A stretch of DNA of 64,000 nt, from positions 1-64,000 of IMG/VR virus record IMGVR_UViG_3300020045_005677, one strand, 5' to 3'. Shown in pieces: positions 38,125-47,723 of the stretch; the first letter of the stretch is position 1; each line of letters opens with the position of its first letter. The notes below the pieces were generated by a model. The model ran no database searches. It worked only from the letters and a program-made list of their open reading frames with translations, and was not told the DNA's origin. Origin of the DNA: a virus. Position numbers and translations under genes: made by a program.

Positions 38125-38685
38125 ATGTTTAAAAAAGATAAATGCTTAATAGATTTATACTTTAAATTAAAGACAGAAGAGTTAAAGCTTACTGAAGTTA
38201 GAATGGCTACTATGTTTCCTTATTTTAGAGAGAATACAGATATAGAATCTATAGTGGACTATATAGAATCCTATACTAATGGATTATCTCATATAGAGAT
38301 ATCTAGAGTAGCTACCAACACTGCAAAAGCCAACAAGTTAAAGAAGTTAATAGTATCAGACTTAATCAAGGCTCTAGAGCTAATTAATAAATTAAAGCAT
38401 GATTACAAAGGAATAAGTTTATTAGCTAGCTATGGACTTACTAAAAAGTTTAGATATTTAAAACAATCAGTAACTATTACTTTTCAAGAGAGTAACAAAT
38501 CTTTAATTTATTCCCTGTCTGAGAAAAACAAGAAGCATATCATGATGACTTTTGATACTCCTAAAGAAATGGAAAAAGAGTTATTGGTAAGCAACTTTAA
38601 TAGAATCTTAGAATTTGATTTTAAAGAGATTGTTAAAATTATAGAAGAAAGAAAAGCTGAAGTTAAAAGAAGTTTAGAGAGCTAA
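38125..38685 (+). CDS. hypothetical protein (186 aa)
   Basis: AAGGA RBS. Confidence 0.7.
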   Translation: MFKKDKCLIDLYFKLKTEELKLTEVRMATMFPYFRENTDIESIVDYIESYTNGLSHIEISRVATNTAKANKLKKLIVSDLIKALELINKLKHDYKGISLLASYGLTKKFRYLKQSVTITFQESNKSLIYSLSEKNKKHIMMTFDTPKEMEKELLVSNFNRILEFDFKEIVKIIEERKAEVKRSLES

Positions 38686-38689
38686 ATTA

Positions 38690-38723
38690 ATATACTACAT
38701 AGAGATTGCTCTATGTAGTATAT
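38690..38723. terminator. bidirectional terminator-like palindrome (TATACTACATA family)
   Basis: ATATACTACATAGAG-ATTG-CTCTATGTAGTATAT. Confidence 0.7.
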
Positions 38724-38739
38724 ATTCTTTTTTTTTATT

Positions 38740-40875
38740 TTACCAATTCAGTAAATTCTTTTTAAACTTAATAGGATTTAAATATATATTTCCTAATGCC
38801 TTATATCCTTCTGCTCCAGCTACCATTTCATATACTTCATTCTCCATTTTAATAAACATACCTGTAGACATAGATTCCATACCTTCTAACACATCTATTA
38901 CTAATCCTTTATCAAAGTCTAATCCCTTAATACTATTTCCAGTAATCTCTTCGATAGCAGCTTTAGCCCATTTTAATATATCAATATTTCTACTGTTAAT
39001 ATTATACTCTTCACCAGTATCTAATTTTGTATATATAGCTACTACATCTTTAGTTTGTCCCATTCTGTGTACCCTAGCTAATGCTTGGTCTAATAGATAA
39101 GTTCTAAATGGTAAATCCATTAATAATACTAAGTCAGCTACTACTAAGTGATGTCCTGTAGATATAGATTTAAATGTACCTACCAATGGGTCTACATCTT
39201 TATCATCTACAAAGCTATTAATTAATCTAGTACCTTCCTTAGTGTTATCTCCAAATACTCCTACTGGATTAAATCCTTGTTTTTTACATCTATCTAATAC
39301 AGTCTCAGCTATCTTTATATAACTTGTCATTACTATAGATTTAGCAGCAGTACTATTTAAGATACTATAATCAAAATGACTAGCCATATCATTGTGACAA
39401 TCTATTCTAGCTCCCAATACAATTCTACCTAATGCTTCACCTCTAATTTTTAACATAGGGTATTTTAATATTACACTAGCTTCTTTAAACTTATCTTTTT
39501 CTTCACCTTTTAATACAGGTAATATTATTATTCTTTCAAAATCATTTACGGCTTTAATTACATCAGTATGAAACATTAATTGTCTCTTCTCGTAATACTC
39601 ACCTACTAATTTAAAATTGTTTTCATATTCCATCCAAGCACTAACTGGTAGAGCACTAGATTTTCTAGCTTTATCTACTAGTATATTATAAGTATTAATA
39701 TAGAAATCTACATTGTCAGCTAACTCTTTACTTCTTCTGTCTATATAGACTATCATCTTTTCTTTAATAGATTTTAAAGTATACTCTTCTCCATTAGGTA
39801 GTTTAATCTCTATAGTCTTAAAGTCTATAGGTTTTAATTCCAAAACAGCTTTTTCTATCTTTACAGATATTTGTCCATATCTAATTGGTATACATTGTTT
39901 TAATATATAATTAGGAGAAGAATATAATTTCTTAAATCTAGCTTCTACTACTTTATTAAACTTAGGGTCTATTATTTCTAAATAAGGAATAATCTCTAAT
40001 GCACTAGCTTTAATAGGAGTACCAGATAACAATACAGCATTCTTAGTTTTACTAATATTTACTAATTTTAATAGGTTCTCTCTTCTGCTACTAGATAAAG
40101 AAGTAAAGTTATGAACTTCATCTACTATTAATACAATATTGCTTCTACTGTATTTTCCAATAAAGTCATTTAGTTTATCAATAGCTTCATAATTGAATAG
40201 CATAAACTTTTGTCCATCATATTGCTTTCCACTATAGTAATCACTAGCTGTATATACATTTTCTCTTTTATTTTTAACTCTATAGAAATTATCTTCATCA
40301 TTTACTATAGTTTTTAACCAAGTAGTCTCTAGGTTAGCATTCATAGCTATAATTAAAATAATATCAGCATCACATCCTTCAGCTATACTTAATCCCATAT
40401 AAGTTTTACCAGTACCAGTAGCTGCATCTGTTAATAAACCTCTATAGTCTAAATCGTTCTTAACTCTTTCATAGGTGTCGTAAAAGATTTCTTGAAAATC
40501 TCTAGGAGGAGTAGCAAATACTTTATTTATTCTTTCTCTGTTTAGAACAAACTTAACTTCTCCTGCTATAGAGTTATTTGGACTTAACCAAGTTTTAGTC
40601 TGTATGATATCTAGGAGCTCTTGTAGAGCCTTAACATTTACCCAGCTAGTAAATCCATATGTTCCAGTTGTTATTCGTTCTAGTATCTCCCTAAGCTCTA
40701 ATAGAAAGAAAGAATCTATTACTATTTCTTTAAAAGATAATTCTCTAAATAGTAAATTAGCTTTCTTGTCTCCCAATACGGTATTTCTAATAAATCCTCT
40801 GAAATTTACTCCGAACATACCTCTAAAAGTATATATTTCTCTAGCAGCATCATATTCCATAGTAGTGCCAAACAT
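38740..40875 (-). CDS. SF2 (SNF2/DEAD-like) helicase, probably virion-packaged
   Basis: Motif I ATGTGKT, II DEVH, III SGTP, VI QALARVHRMGQ; C-terminal GME|S and GAE|G protease-like sites. Confidence 0.85.
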   Translation of the reverse strand: MFGTTMEYDAAREIYTFRGMFGVNFRGFIRNTVLGDKKANLLFRELSFKEIVIDSFFLLELREILERITTGTYGFTSWVNVKALQELLDIIQTKTWLSPNNSIAGEVKFVLNRERINKVFATPPRDFQEIFYDTYERVKNDLDYRGLLTDAATGTGKTYMGLSIAEGCDADIILIIAMNANLETTWLKTIVNDEDNFYRVKNKRENVYTASDYYSGKQYDGQKFMLFNYEAIDKLNDFIGKYSRSNIVLIVDEVHNFTSLSSSRRENLLKLVNISKTKNAVLLSGTPIKASALEIIPYLEIIDPKFNKVVEARFKKLYSSPNYILKQCIPIRYGQISVKIEKAVLELKPIDFKTIEIKLPNGEEYTLKSIKEKMIVYIDRRSKELADNVDFYINTYNILVDKARKSSALPVSAWMEYENNFKLVGEYYEKRQLMFHTDVIKAVNDFERIIILPVLKGEEKDKFKEASVILKYPMLKIRGEALGRIVLGARIDCHNDMASHFDYSILNSTAAKSIVMTSYIKIAETVLDRCKKQGFNPVGVFGDNTKEGTRLINSFVDDKDVDPLVGTFKSISTGHHLVVADLVLLMDLPFRTYLLDQALARVHRMGQTKDVVAIYTKLDTGEEYNINSRNIDILKWAKAAIEEITGNSIKGLDFDKGLVIDVLEGMESMSTGMFIKMENEVYEMVAGAEGYKALGNIYLNPIKFKKNLLNW

Positions 40876-40898
40876 AATCTTATTCCTTATAATTTATT

Positions 40899-41675
40899 TT
40901 AATACATTAAGTTTCCAACACCAGCTTTAATTCTAGTATTTCTAAATCTTTGGTCTGCCATATTTATAATAGCAATCATCTTTTTTCTTTTTTCTTTATA
41001 GAGTTCATCTCTATCTGAATATTCATCTACTATTTCTTTTAAGATAGATAATTCTACTCCACCTTTTAATACATTACTATTTATCTCTATTCTCTTTTTT
41101 TTATATATCCACTTCTCTACAGCTATTAAACATAACTCTGCAAATGGAATATGAGTCTGAGTAGGTAGATTATTCATATTTGGATTATTCTGTACTCTTA
41201 AGTTAATAATAGAGTATGGGTCGAAGTATTCAATATTCTCTATTTTAATTAAGTTTTCAGATATTACTTCTAATTTTACATTGGAGTACATATCTAAATC
41301 AGCATGGGTTCTAAATAGCTTTTCTACTGCTCCTTGAAATCCACCTTGTACTGTATTCATATATGTATTATAAGGAGCAGTTACAATTGAATCTACAGAT
41401 AGTATAGGAGAATTATTTAAATACTTTTTAGGTATTTCTAATAGCATTATTCCTTCAGCTGAATATTTAACATTAGCAGCACTAATAGGTACTTTCTTTT
41501 CTACACCCTCTAGCATATTTAATTCAGCTACTACTATATTTCTAATTATCTTATTTTCTATAATACTAGGTATAGATACTAAATTAGCTCCATACTTGGG
41601 AGTAAAACAAAAAGTTAATAATTTATCTTCCATTTCATCCATTATATACTTTTTAGCATATTCTATAGCATTCAT
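40899..41675 (-). CDS. conserved phiKZ-like virion structural protein
   Basis: GGVEL...KEIVD.YSD..E.Y pattern conserved in phiKZ-like phages, adjacent to the helicase. Confidence 0.6.
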   Translation of the reverse strand: MNAIEYAKKYIMDEMEDKLLTFCFTPKYGANLVSIPSIIENKIIRNIVVAELNMLEGVEKKVPISAANVKYSAEGIMLLEIPKKYLNNSPILSVDSIVTAPYNTYMNTVQGGFQGAVEKLFRTHADLDMYSNVKLEVISENLIKIENIEYFDPYSIINLRVQNNPNMNNLPTQTHIPFAELCLIAVEKWIYKKKRIEINSNVLKGGVELSILKEIVDEYSDRDELYKEKRKKMIAIINMADQRFRNTRIKAGVGNLMY

Positions 41676-41678
41676 ACT

Positions 41679-42776
41679 TTATTCCTTTATTTTATTTTCT
41701 ATTAGTTCTAAATAATTATTATAGTCCTTTAATAACTCTTTAGGTATATTACTATTTTCTCTTTTATACATTTTAATTAATGTTCTTAATCTAGCTATAT
41801 AATCATTGTTTAATTTAAAACTAGATTTACCTAGATAAGAAATAACAAAGTATATATATCTTAATCTACTATATACCATAGCCCATCTGTTTATAGAACT
41901 ATAGCTAGTATTAAATCTGCTTAAGTCTAAAAACTCTAGAGCATTAGTATTAATTAGTTTTAAATTATAAAATATAAAGTTATAATCTTTTTTAGTAAGC
42001 TTATCTAATTTATTACCAAAGTCTAGCATATAACTATTAAACATACTATCCATTCCTAGTAATACCATTGGCAATCTGTTTCTGGCTTCTACTGTATTAA
42101 AAACAATATTGTCCATGTTGTACTCTATATAGCTATTTAATATAGATAGATTTAGCATGTCTCTAGACATATTGGTATATACATATCTAAATACAAATTC
42201 AGCTATAGATATTCCTCTGTCCATAGCTATAGCATTTTTCATATAGCATCTATATTGTAACATTAATAATACTACATCTACTGCATATATATTTACATTT
42301 TCATTTTCATTATCTGTATACTCTAACTTATTATTTAATCCATTAAAGTTTAATCCACTATAGCAATGGTATAATACATTTACAGCTTCAATATTTTTCC
42401 AATTGTTTTGTATGTCTACTAGCTTATCTAATTCTAAATCTTTATCTACAGATACAAATACTTCTTTAGCATTTATCATTATCTCATCTTTTAATACATC
42501 ACCTTTACTACCAGTAGTCACTACTTTACTATTTCTAATTACATAATCTTTTCTAGCTCTAATTTTAAATATATAATCCAATACATTACTTTCTTCTATG
42601 TATAAGTCATTTATTATTTTTACAAAGACATTATCATTGTTTACTCTAGATACCATATCTTTATATTTTTCAGATACTGTAGATAAATTAATAATAGAAT
42701 TCTTCTGTACATTTTTAAAATTGCTAATAGTAATAGTAGAATATTTTATATCATCATCTTTAATAAATATATCCAT
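41679..42776 (-). CDS. conserved phiKZ-like virion structural protein
   Basis: IYAVDVVLL.LQY..Y and F....V..N motifs; same operon. Confidence 0.5.
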   Translation of the reverse strand: MDIFIKDDDIKYSTITISNFKNVQKNSIINLSTVSEKYKDMVSRVNNDNVFVKIINDLYIEESNVLDYIFKIRARKDYVIRNSKVVTTGSKGDVLKDEIMINAKEVFVSVDKDLELDKLVDIQNNWKNIEAVNVLYHCYSGLNFNGLNNKLEYTDNENENVNIYAVDVVLLMLQYRCYMKNAIAMDRGISIAEFVFRYVYTNMSRDMLNLSILNSYIEYNMDNIVFNTVEARNRLPMVLLGMDSMFNSYMLDFGNKLDKLTKKDYNFIFYNLKLINTNALEFLDLSRFNTSYSSINRWAMVYSRLRYIYFVISYLGKSSFKLNNDYIARLRTLIKMYKRENSNIPKELLKDYNNYLELIENKIKE

Positions 42777-42973
42777 TGTGTGTATCCTTTATTTATTTTA
42801 TTAAGGCTCACATATAGCCCTCTTGTTCATCAAAAAAACTTCTTAGATAATATATAATATATTTTTCTATTATACCATATATTATGAATTATTTTCTTGG
42901 TTATTCAATAACATCTATAATCCTTTTGGATTATAGATAAATATAGCCTAGTGAGTAGATAAAGTTTTTAATA

Positions 42974-43004
42974 GTTATTTCAATTATTATTTAACCACAT
43001 ATTA
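42974..43004 (+). promoter_or_regulatory. putative early promoter of chimallin, copy 6
   Basis: GTTATTTC-N14-CACATATTA. Confidence 0.7.
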
Positions 43005-43104
43005 TTAAATTAGTATAGTATTATAAAATCCTTTACATTTAAAGGCTATTAGTATTATACAAGTTTCATTAATTAATTAAACAAAAAAACACAGGAGAAA
43101 ACAA

Positions 43105-45078
43105 ATGGGTAACGAAACAAACGGCGGAAGCTTAGAAGAAGGATTAAAAGGACTAGGAACAGTTTTTCAACCAGAAGTAGATGACTTTAAATCTAGCAAT
43201 AGCAATGATGATTACGAAGCAAGAACTGAAAGAGAAAATGACGATAGTTCAAGAAGAAGAAATAGCCAAAGAAGAGCTGCTATGCCAAACTTAGCTGCAA
43301 TGTTTAAATCAATGGGTCAAACTGTAAATACAGGAATCAATGATAATACTTTAGCTGAAGCTGAAGCTGCATTCACTGCATTACTAGAAGTTGAAAATAA
43401 GAAATCTAAATTAGATGTAAAAATCTTAACTGTTAGCAAGCAAGAAGTAGGTGCACTATATTCTTCAATCGTTCTTTCTTACAATGCTCCAAAATTAAAT
43501 AAAGTATTTTATTCAGTATTGATGCTAGCTGGTACGGGTAGAAAAGAGTTAACAGTATCTGATATTTTAAGAATTGTTCCTAGAACAGCTCAAGAAGCTA
43601 AAATCAGTAAGAAAACAAATAGAGAGATTGAAAGAGAAATTGCATTCCCATTCCAATCATTCGATGAGGTATATTACCAACCAGCAGTAGAAGCTAAATT
43701 AGCTAGACTATGGAACTTAAATCAAAATCAACAATTAATTTATGTAGATACTATTTCTGCTAGCTCAACTGTAGAGTTCATTAATGAATCTAAAGAAGGT
43801 AAGAAACCATCTAAAGAATCTATCTACTTCTTTAAAGCATTATACGATGCAGTAATCCTAATGGATGAAACAATTACTTCAGCTGATGGTGCAGTAGATT
43901 TAACATTTACTCCAATTATTGAAGCTAGAGAATTTGGTGCTAAGTTAATTGCTGATGTATATGTTGGTGGTGATAACAAAATTGCTAGAGAAGATTTAAT
44001 TGTTGAATTAAAACTTAAACTAGGTGAAACTGGTAAAACAGATTCTATTAATGAATCAGCTCAAGAGTTATCATTAATTAAAACTGGAATCTATTTAGCT
44101 CCAATCTATGATGTAAGAATTACTAGAGATAGAGAAACTGGTAGAGATGTTGAAACAAATAAAGTATTACCAATTGTTACAATCAGTAATATTGAAGCTG
44201 TAAACAATACTCTTAAATATGTATTAGGTGGAGTAATCTCTTCAACTATTATGTTAAAAGATACAATGTTTCCATATGGTATTTTAAAATCTCCTAATAA
44301 CTGGGGAGCTTTAATTGCTTATGAAAATGGTGATGCTGATTATTCTGCAATTGGTGATTTTAAATCTCCTAAATTCTCTAGTGATGATGTGTTAGCTGTA
44401 GCTGATATGTTATTAGCAAAAGATTCTAAAGGTTATGGAGAAGCATTATTAGCTATTGATTTACCTCATTCTACTTTATCGTTAGGTATTGCAATGCTAA
44501 GAGATTGTACATCATCTGATGCTGCAACAAGAATGCATGCTGGTAAAGCTGTAGTAAAAGCATTAAGAGAAATGACAGATGGTAATTTCCCTAAAGATTT
44601 CCCAGTTGATAAAATCTTTACACAATGGACAACAGCTCCAGTTGGTTACATAGAAGGAGTTAAAAATATTCCTTTATCTAATTTAGATTTAACTAAAGTA
44701 ATTGAAGCTGAACCAAGAGTAAAAGCTGAACAAGTATTAAGCTTTAATATGTCAGAGTTTGACGATGATGCAATTGATGCTTATATGGAAAAATTAGAAG
44801 CTGCTGAAGCAATTGGTTGGGGAGAAGCTGTACTAACAGACAAAGCTACTAGAGCTATCTTTAGTTTCGATTTCATCAACGAGTTAGATATTGCATTAGC
44901 AGAAGCTGGATTAACTATTTACCATAACAAATTGGTAGACAAAAGAGCTTCTTCTAAATTTAGTAAAGTTGGATTAGGTTACGGTAGATTCAATGGTGGA
45001 TTTACAGAATCTAATTCTGGTATTCATGGTTCAGGTAAAAGATTTAATTACTCTGGTATCGCAAGAAGAAAGTGGTAA
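43105..45078 (+). CDS. chmA: chimallin, phage nucleus shell protein (phiKZ gp54 / 201phi2-1 gp105-like)
   Basis: 657 aa with disordered N-terminus and Gly-rich C-tail. TDKATRAIFSFDFINELDIALAEAGLTI matches the recalled ChmA segment GKAERCTYNAKFIEALDRYLAEAGLQI; YSSIVL, REDLIV, WGAL and G.F..F also align. Syntenic directly upstream of nvRNAP beta'-N, as for chmA. Confidence 0.85.
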   Translation: MGNETNGGSLEEGLKGLGTVFQPEVDDFKSSNSNDDYEARTERENDDSSRRRNSQRRAAMPNLAAMFKSMGQTVNTGINDNTLAEAEAAFTALLEVENKKSKLDVKILTVSKQEVGALYSSIVLSYNAPKLNKVFYSVLMLAGTGRKELTVSDILRIVPRTAQEAKISKKTNREIEREIAFPFQSFDEVYYQPAVEAKLARLWNLNQNQQLIYVDTISASSTVEFINESKEGKKPSKESIYFFKALYDAVILMDETITSADGAVDLTFTPIIEAREFGAKLIADVYVGGDNKIAREDLIVELKLKLGETGKTDSINESAQELSLIKTGIYLAPIYDVRITRDRETGRDVETNKVLPIVTISNIEAVNNTLKYVLGGVISSTIMLKDTMFPYGILKSPNNWGALIAYENGDADYSAIGDFKSPKFSSDDVLAVADMLLAKDSKGYGEALLAIDLPHSTLSLGIAMLRDCTSSDAATRMHAGKAVVKALREMTDGNFPKDFPVDKIFTQWTTAPVGYIEGVKNIPLSNLDLTKVIEAEPRVKAEQVLSFNMSEFDDDAIDAYMEKLEAAEAIGWGEAVLTDKATRAIFSFDFINELDIALAEAGLTIYHNKLVDKRASSKFSKVGLGYGRFNGGFTESNSGIHGSGKRFNYSGIARRKW

Positions 45079-45094
45079 TAAGTTAACAACAAAG

Positions 45095-45130
45095 CAAGGA
45101 TAGGAATTATTTCCTGTCTTTGTTTTTTTT
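45095..45130 (+). terminator. intrinsic terminator after chmA
   Basis: CAAGGATAGGAA-TTAT-TTCCTGTCTTTG (two G-U pairs) followed by T8. Confidence 0.8.
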
Positions 45131-45159
45131 ATTTTATATTAATTTTTTAAAGGAATAAA

Positions 45160-46383
45160 ATGTTACACTTAAAGTATGTTTCCACAGATGAGTTCTTTGG
45201 AGATATTGAATCTGGTAAAATATTATTATCAGCATTACCATCAGTTACTGCGGCTTCAGAAATAGAAGATTCTCTTTATACTGTTTTCCAAGATAGTGTG
45301 TTTGACAATATACCACAATGCAATTGCAAGAAGTATAAGAAAGCATATCTAGAAGGAGAACTATGTGATGAATGTGGTTCTAAAATAGAATCTGTATTAG
45401 AGAAGAAAAATCCATTGGTATGGTTCGAGAGATATCCTGAATCAGAAAAGTTTATATCTCCATATTTTTGGTTGGTATTAAGAAGCTTATTAAATACAAA
45501 AATAGATATTTTAAGATATCTATCTGATACTAAGTATAATCCTCCTGTAGTGATGCCAGCTTGGGTGCCACAAATGATTAAAATATTAGACTTTAAAAGA
45601 GGGTATAATAACTTAGTAATTAACCTGGAAACAATATTGGAATATGTATCTACACATAGCCAGTTTAAAACTGGAGGTAAAGGTATTGAAGCTGCAATAT
45701 TATTAAAGACTTTTAGAAGAGATAAAGATGGTGTATTGAATAATTATATTGGATTATTTAATAAAAGACTATTTGTGGTTGAAGAAACTAAAATGGGACA
45801 CTATACTAATCTAATTCTAGGAGAAGTAAAAGATGTAGCTTATAATTATATTTTAAATAATAATGAACATGCTACATTCGAAAAGAGACAAAATGTAATG
45901 TCTAGATTAATTCATGGTCTAGCCAACATAACAGAAGTATACATTAAAGAAAATCTACAAGGTAAATTCGGAGACTTTAGGAAACATCTAAGTGGAGCTA
46001 GAATGCCATTTAGTTTAAGAGCTGTAATTAGAAGTATGAATAAAGCTAGCCATAGAGATGAATTACACATTCCATGGACTGGAGCTGTAAATAGTTTAAG
46101 ACCACATCTATTAAACTTATTAGTAAATAGATTTGATTATACCTACAAAGAAGCTTCTCAGTTATTATTCGAACATGCTAAAAAATACAATAAGCTAATT
46201 GATAAGTGTTTTAAAATAATGATAAATGAATCACCATTTGGTGGTATAGTTTGTCTATTTACTAGAAACCCTACATTGCCTATGGGTAGTACGCATTATA
46301 GAATAATTACTGAAGTGAAATCAGATATTTATGATAATACTATTTCTACTCCAAATACAGCTACTAAATCTCAAAATGCAGAT
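45160..46383 (+). CDS. non-virion RNA polymerase beta' N-terminal subunit, exon 1 (phiKZ gp55-like)
   Basis: Zn finger CxC..CxxC, HLSGARMPFSLRAVI, FTRNPTL; ends ..QNAD. Confidence 0.9.
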
Positions 46384-46808
46384 TAACGATATTTAAACAA
46401 GATTTAAATATCAGTCAGGGTAGACACGAAAGTTCTATTCCTTCTCTTCTTGAATTGTCTGGAAAGTCCACAAAAGTAAATAAGCTACAACATAGTTAGA
46501 AATGACAAGTGTGAATGCAGTAGAAATACAAAAAAATTATTTACCTCTCCTATGCTAAACAATAATGCTAAGGGAATATATAAGGGATACCCAGCAGCTA
46601 AGCACCTAAGTCTACTAGCATAAAACTAGTACGGTGAAAGTTCAACGACTATCCAGTTGCGTGGAGTACATTATACAACGGTATAATGGAAGTGGGAAGA
46701 TACCTAAGTCTAATTTATTAGATATGGTAAAGATATAGTCTATTCACAGTGTATAAGTTAAGTTTATACATACAGTCTTAATGGACTGTCATTATTGAAG
46801 TGTGAATG
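46384..46808 (+). mobile_element. group I self-splicing intron (IA2-like), no homing endonuclease
   Basis: 5' exon ends in U with a U-G pair in P1 (GAU/U with AGUC at the end of the first hairpin); P GAATTGTCTGGAAAG 46452, Q CCCAGCAGC 46590, R GTTCAACGACTA 46640, S AAGATATAGTC 46730; P7.1/P7.2 hairpins; terminal G; splicing restores NAD-FDGD in frame. Confidence 0.92.
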
Positions 46809-47039
46809 TTCGATGGTGATGCTTTAATGTTATATTATATGTTAGATAATGTAATGTCTAGATTGGCTAAATCTATGCAAGGACATCATAGTGTACCAGG
46901 CGATAAAAAGCCAGGAGATATTTCTGCTGTAGCAGGATTACCGTCTCCTACAATTATGACATTAACTAACTACATGAGATTAGAAGAACCAGAAATTTAT
47001 ATAGATGATAGTTTTATGGATTATCTATATAATAAATAA
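46809..47039 (+). CDS. non-virion RNA polymerase beta' N-terminal subunit, exon 2
   Basis: Begins TTC GAT GGT GAT (FDGD); spliced product is 484 aa. Confidence 0.9.
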   Translation, partial: FDGDALMLYYMLDNVMSRLAKSMQGHHSVPGDKKPGDISAVAGLPSPTIMTLTNYMRLEEPEIYIDDSFMDYLYNK

Positions 47040-47049
47040 GGAAAAGAGT

Positions 47050-47655
47050 ATGCAACCTCTAATAATTAAAGAATCTAGTCAAGGATTTGAAGATATTATA
47101 TATGGAGCTCCATCAAGGGCTCTGTCTAACTATATGGCAGACAAACTATCTCATATCTCAGGTTTTCTTAATGAAAAGACAAAAGGCTTTATAGATAGGT
47201 CTAGAGAGCTGTATAATCAATTCAGTTCAGATGCAGCTAGAAAAAGAATATCTGATAAAATATTAAACAATAATATTTCTCTATCTAGAGATAGTATTAC
47301 ATTATTAACAGAATCTAATTATAAAAATATTAATAATGTTAATAGAAGATACTTGATGGTAAATCCAGATATATATACTAACCATAAAAAAGGTAGGCTA
47401 TCTGGATACTCTGGAGTATATGAAGATGTTGATAGATATGAAACAGATGTTTATTGGAAAAGAGATTACTTAAGAGTAATGAATGGTATGGTAACTACTA
47501 ATAGCAATGAAGAAAGAACTAAATATATAACTATGTGTGGAGAAGATGATAACCTTATGTTCTCTGAACAATTAGTAATATTAAAGAACTGGGAATTTGC
47601 TAATAAAATGTTAACAGAAGATATTGATATTACAGAAGATAGTATAGAGGCTTAG
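47050..47655 (+). CDS. conserved Chimalliviridae-type hypothetical protein downstream of nvRNAP
   Basis: RYLMVNP.......GRLSGYS..Y.D........DY.RVMNG pattern; start at ATG 47050 with AAGGA RBS. Confidence 0.65.
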   Translation: MQPLIIKESSQGFEDIIYGAPSRALSNYMADKLSHISGFLNEKTKGFIDRSRELYNQFSSDAARKRISDKILNNNISLSRDSITLLTESNYKNINNVNRRYLMVNPDIYTNHKKGRLSGYSGVYEDVDRYETDVYWKRDYLRVMNGMVTTNSNEERTKYITMCGEDDNLMFSEQLVILKNWEFANKMLTEDIDITEDSIEA

Positions 47656-47723
47656 GTCTCTATACTATATATCTTTTTTTATTTTTAAAAATAATTTGAT
47701 TTACTATAACATAAGGAAAAATA

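Noticed and set aside
43105-45078. Major capsid protein
   Set aside because: Size and codon bias fit, but it has an early promoter, lies next to nvRNAP and matches chimallin motifs rather than HK97-fold capsid motifs.
46806-47039. Independent 77-aa gene starting MFDGD
   Set aside because: Better explained as exon 2 of nvRNAP beta'-N; its ATG is the end of the intron.
47005-47049. N-terminal extension of the 47005 ORF overlapping exon 2
   Set aside because: The RBS (AAGGA) precedes ATG 47050; the upstream part is an ORF-finder extension. Starts at 21236, 33555 and 51849 were trimmed for the same reason.
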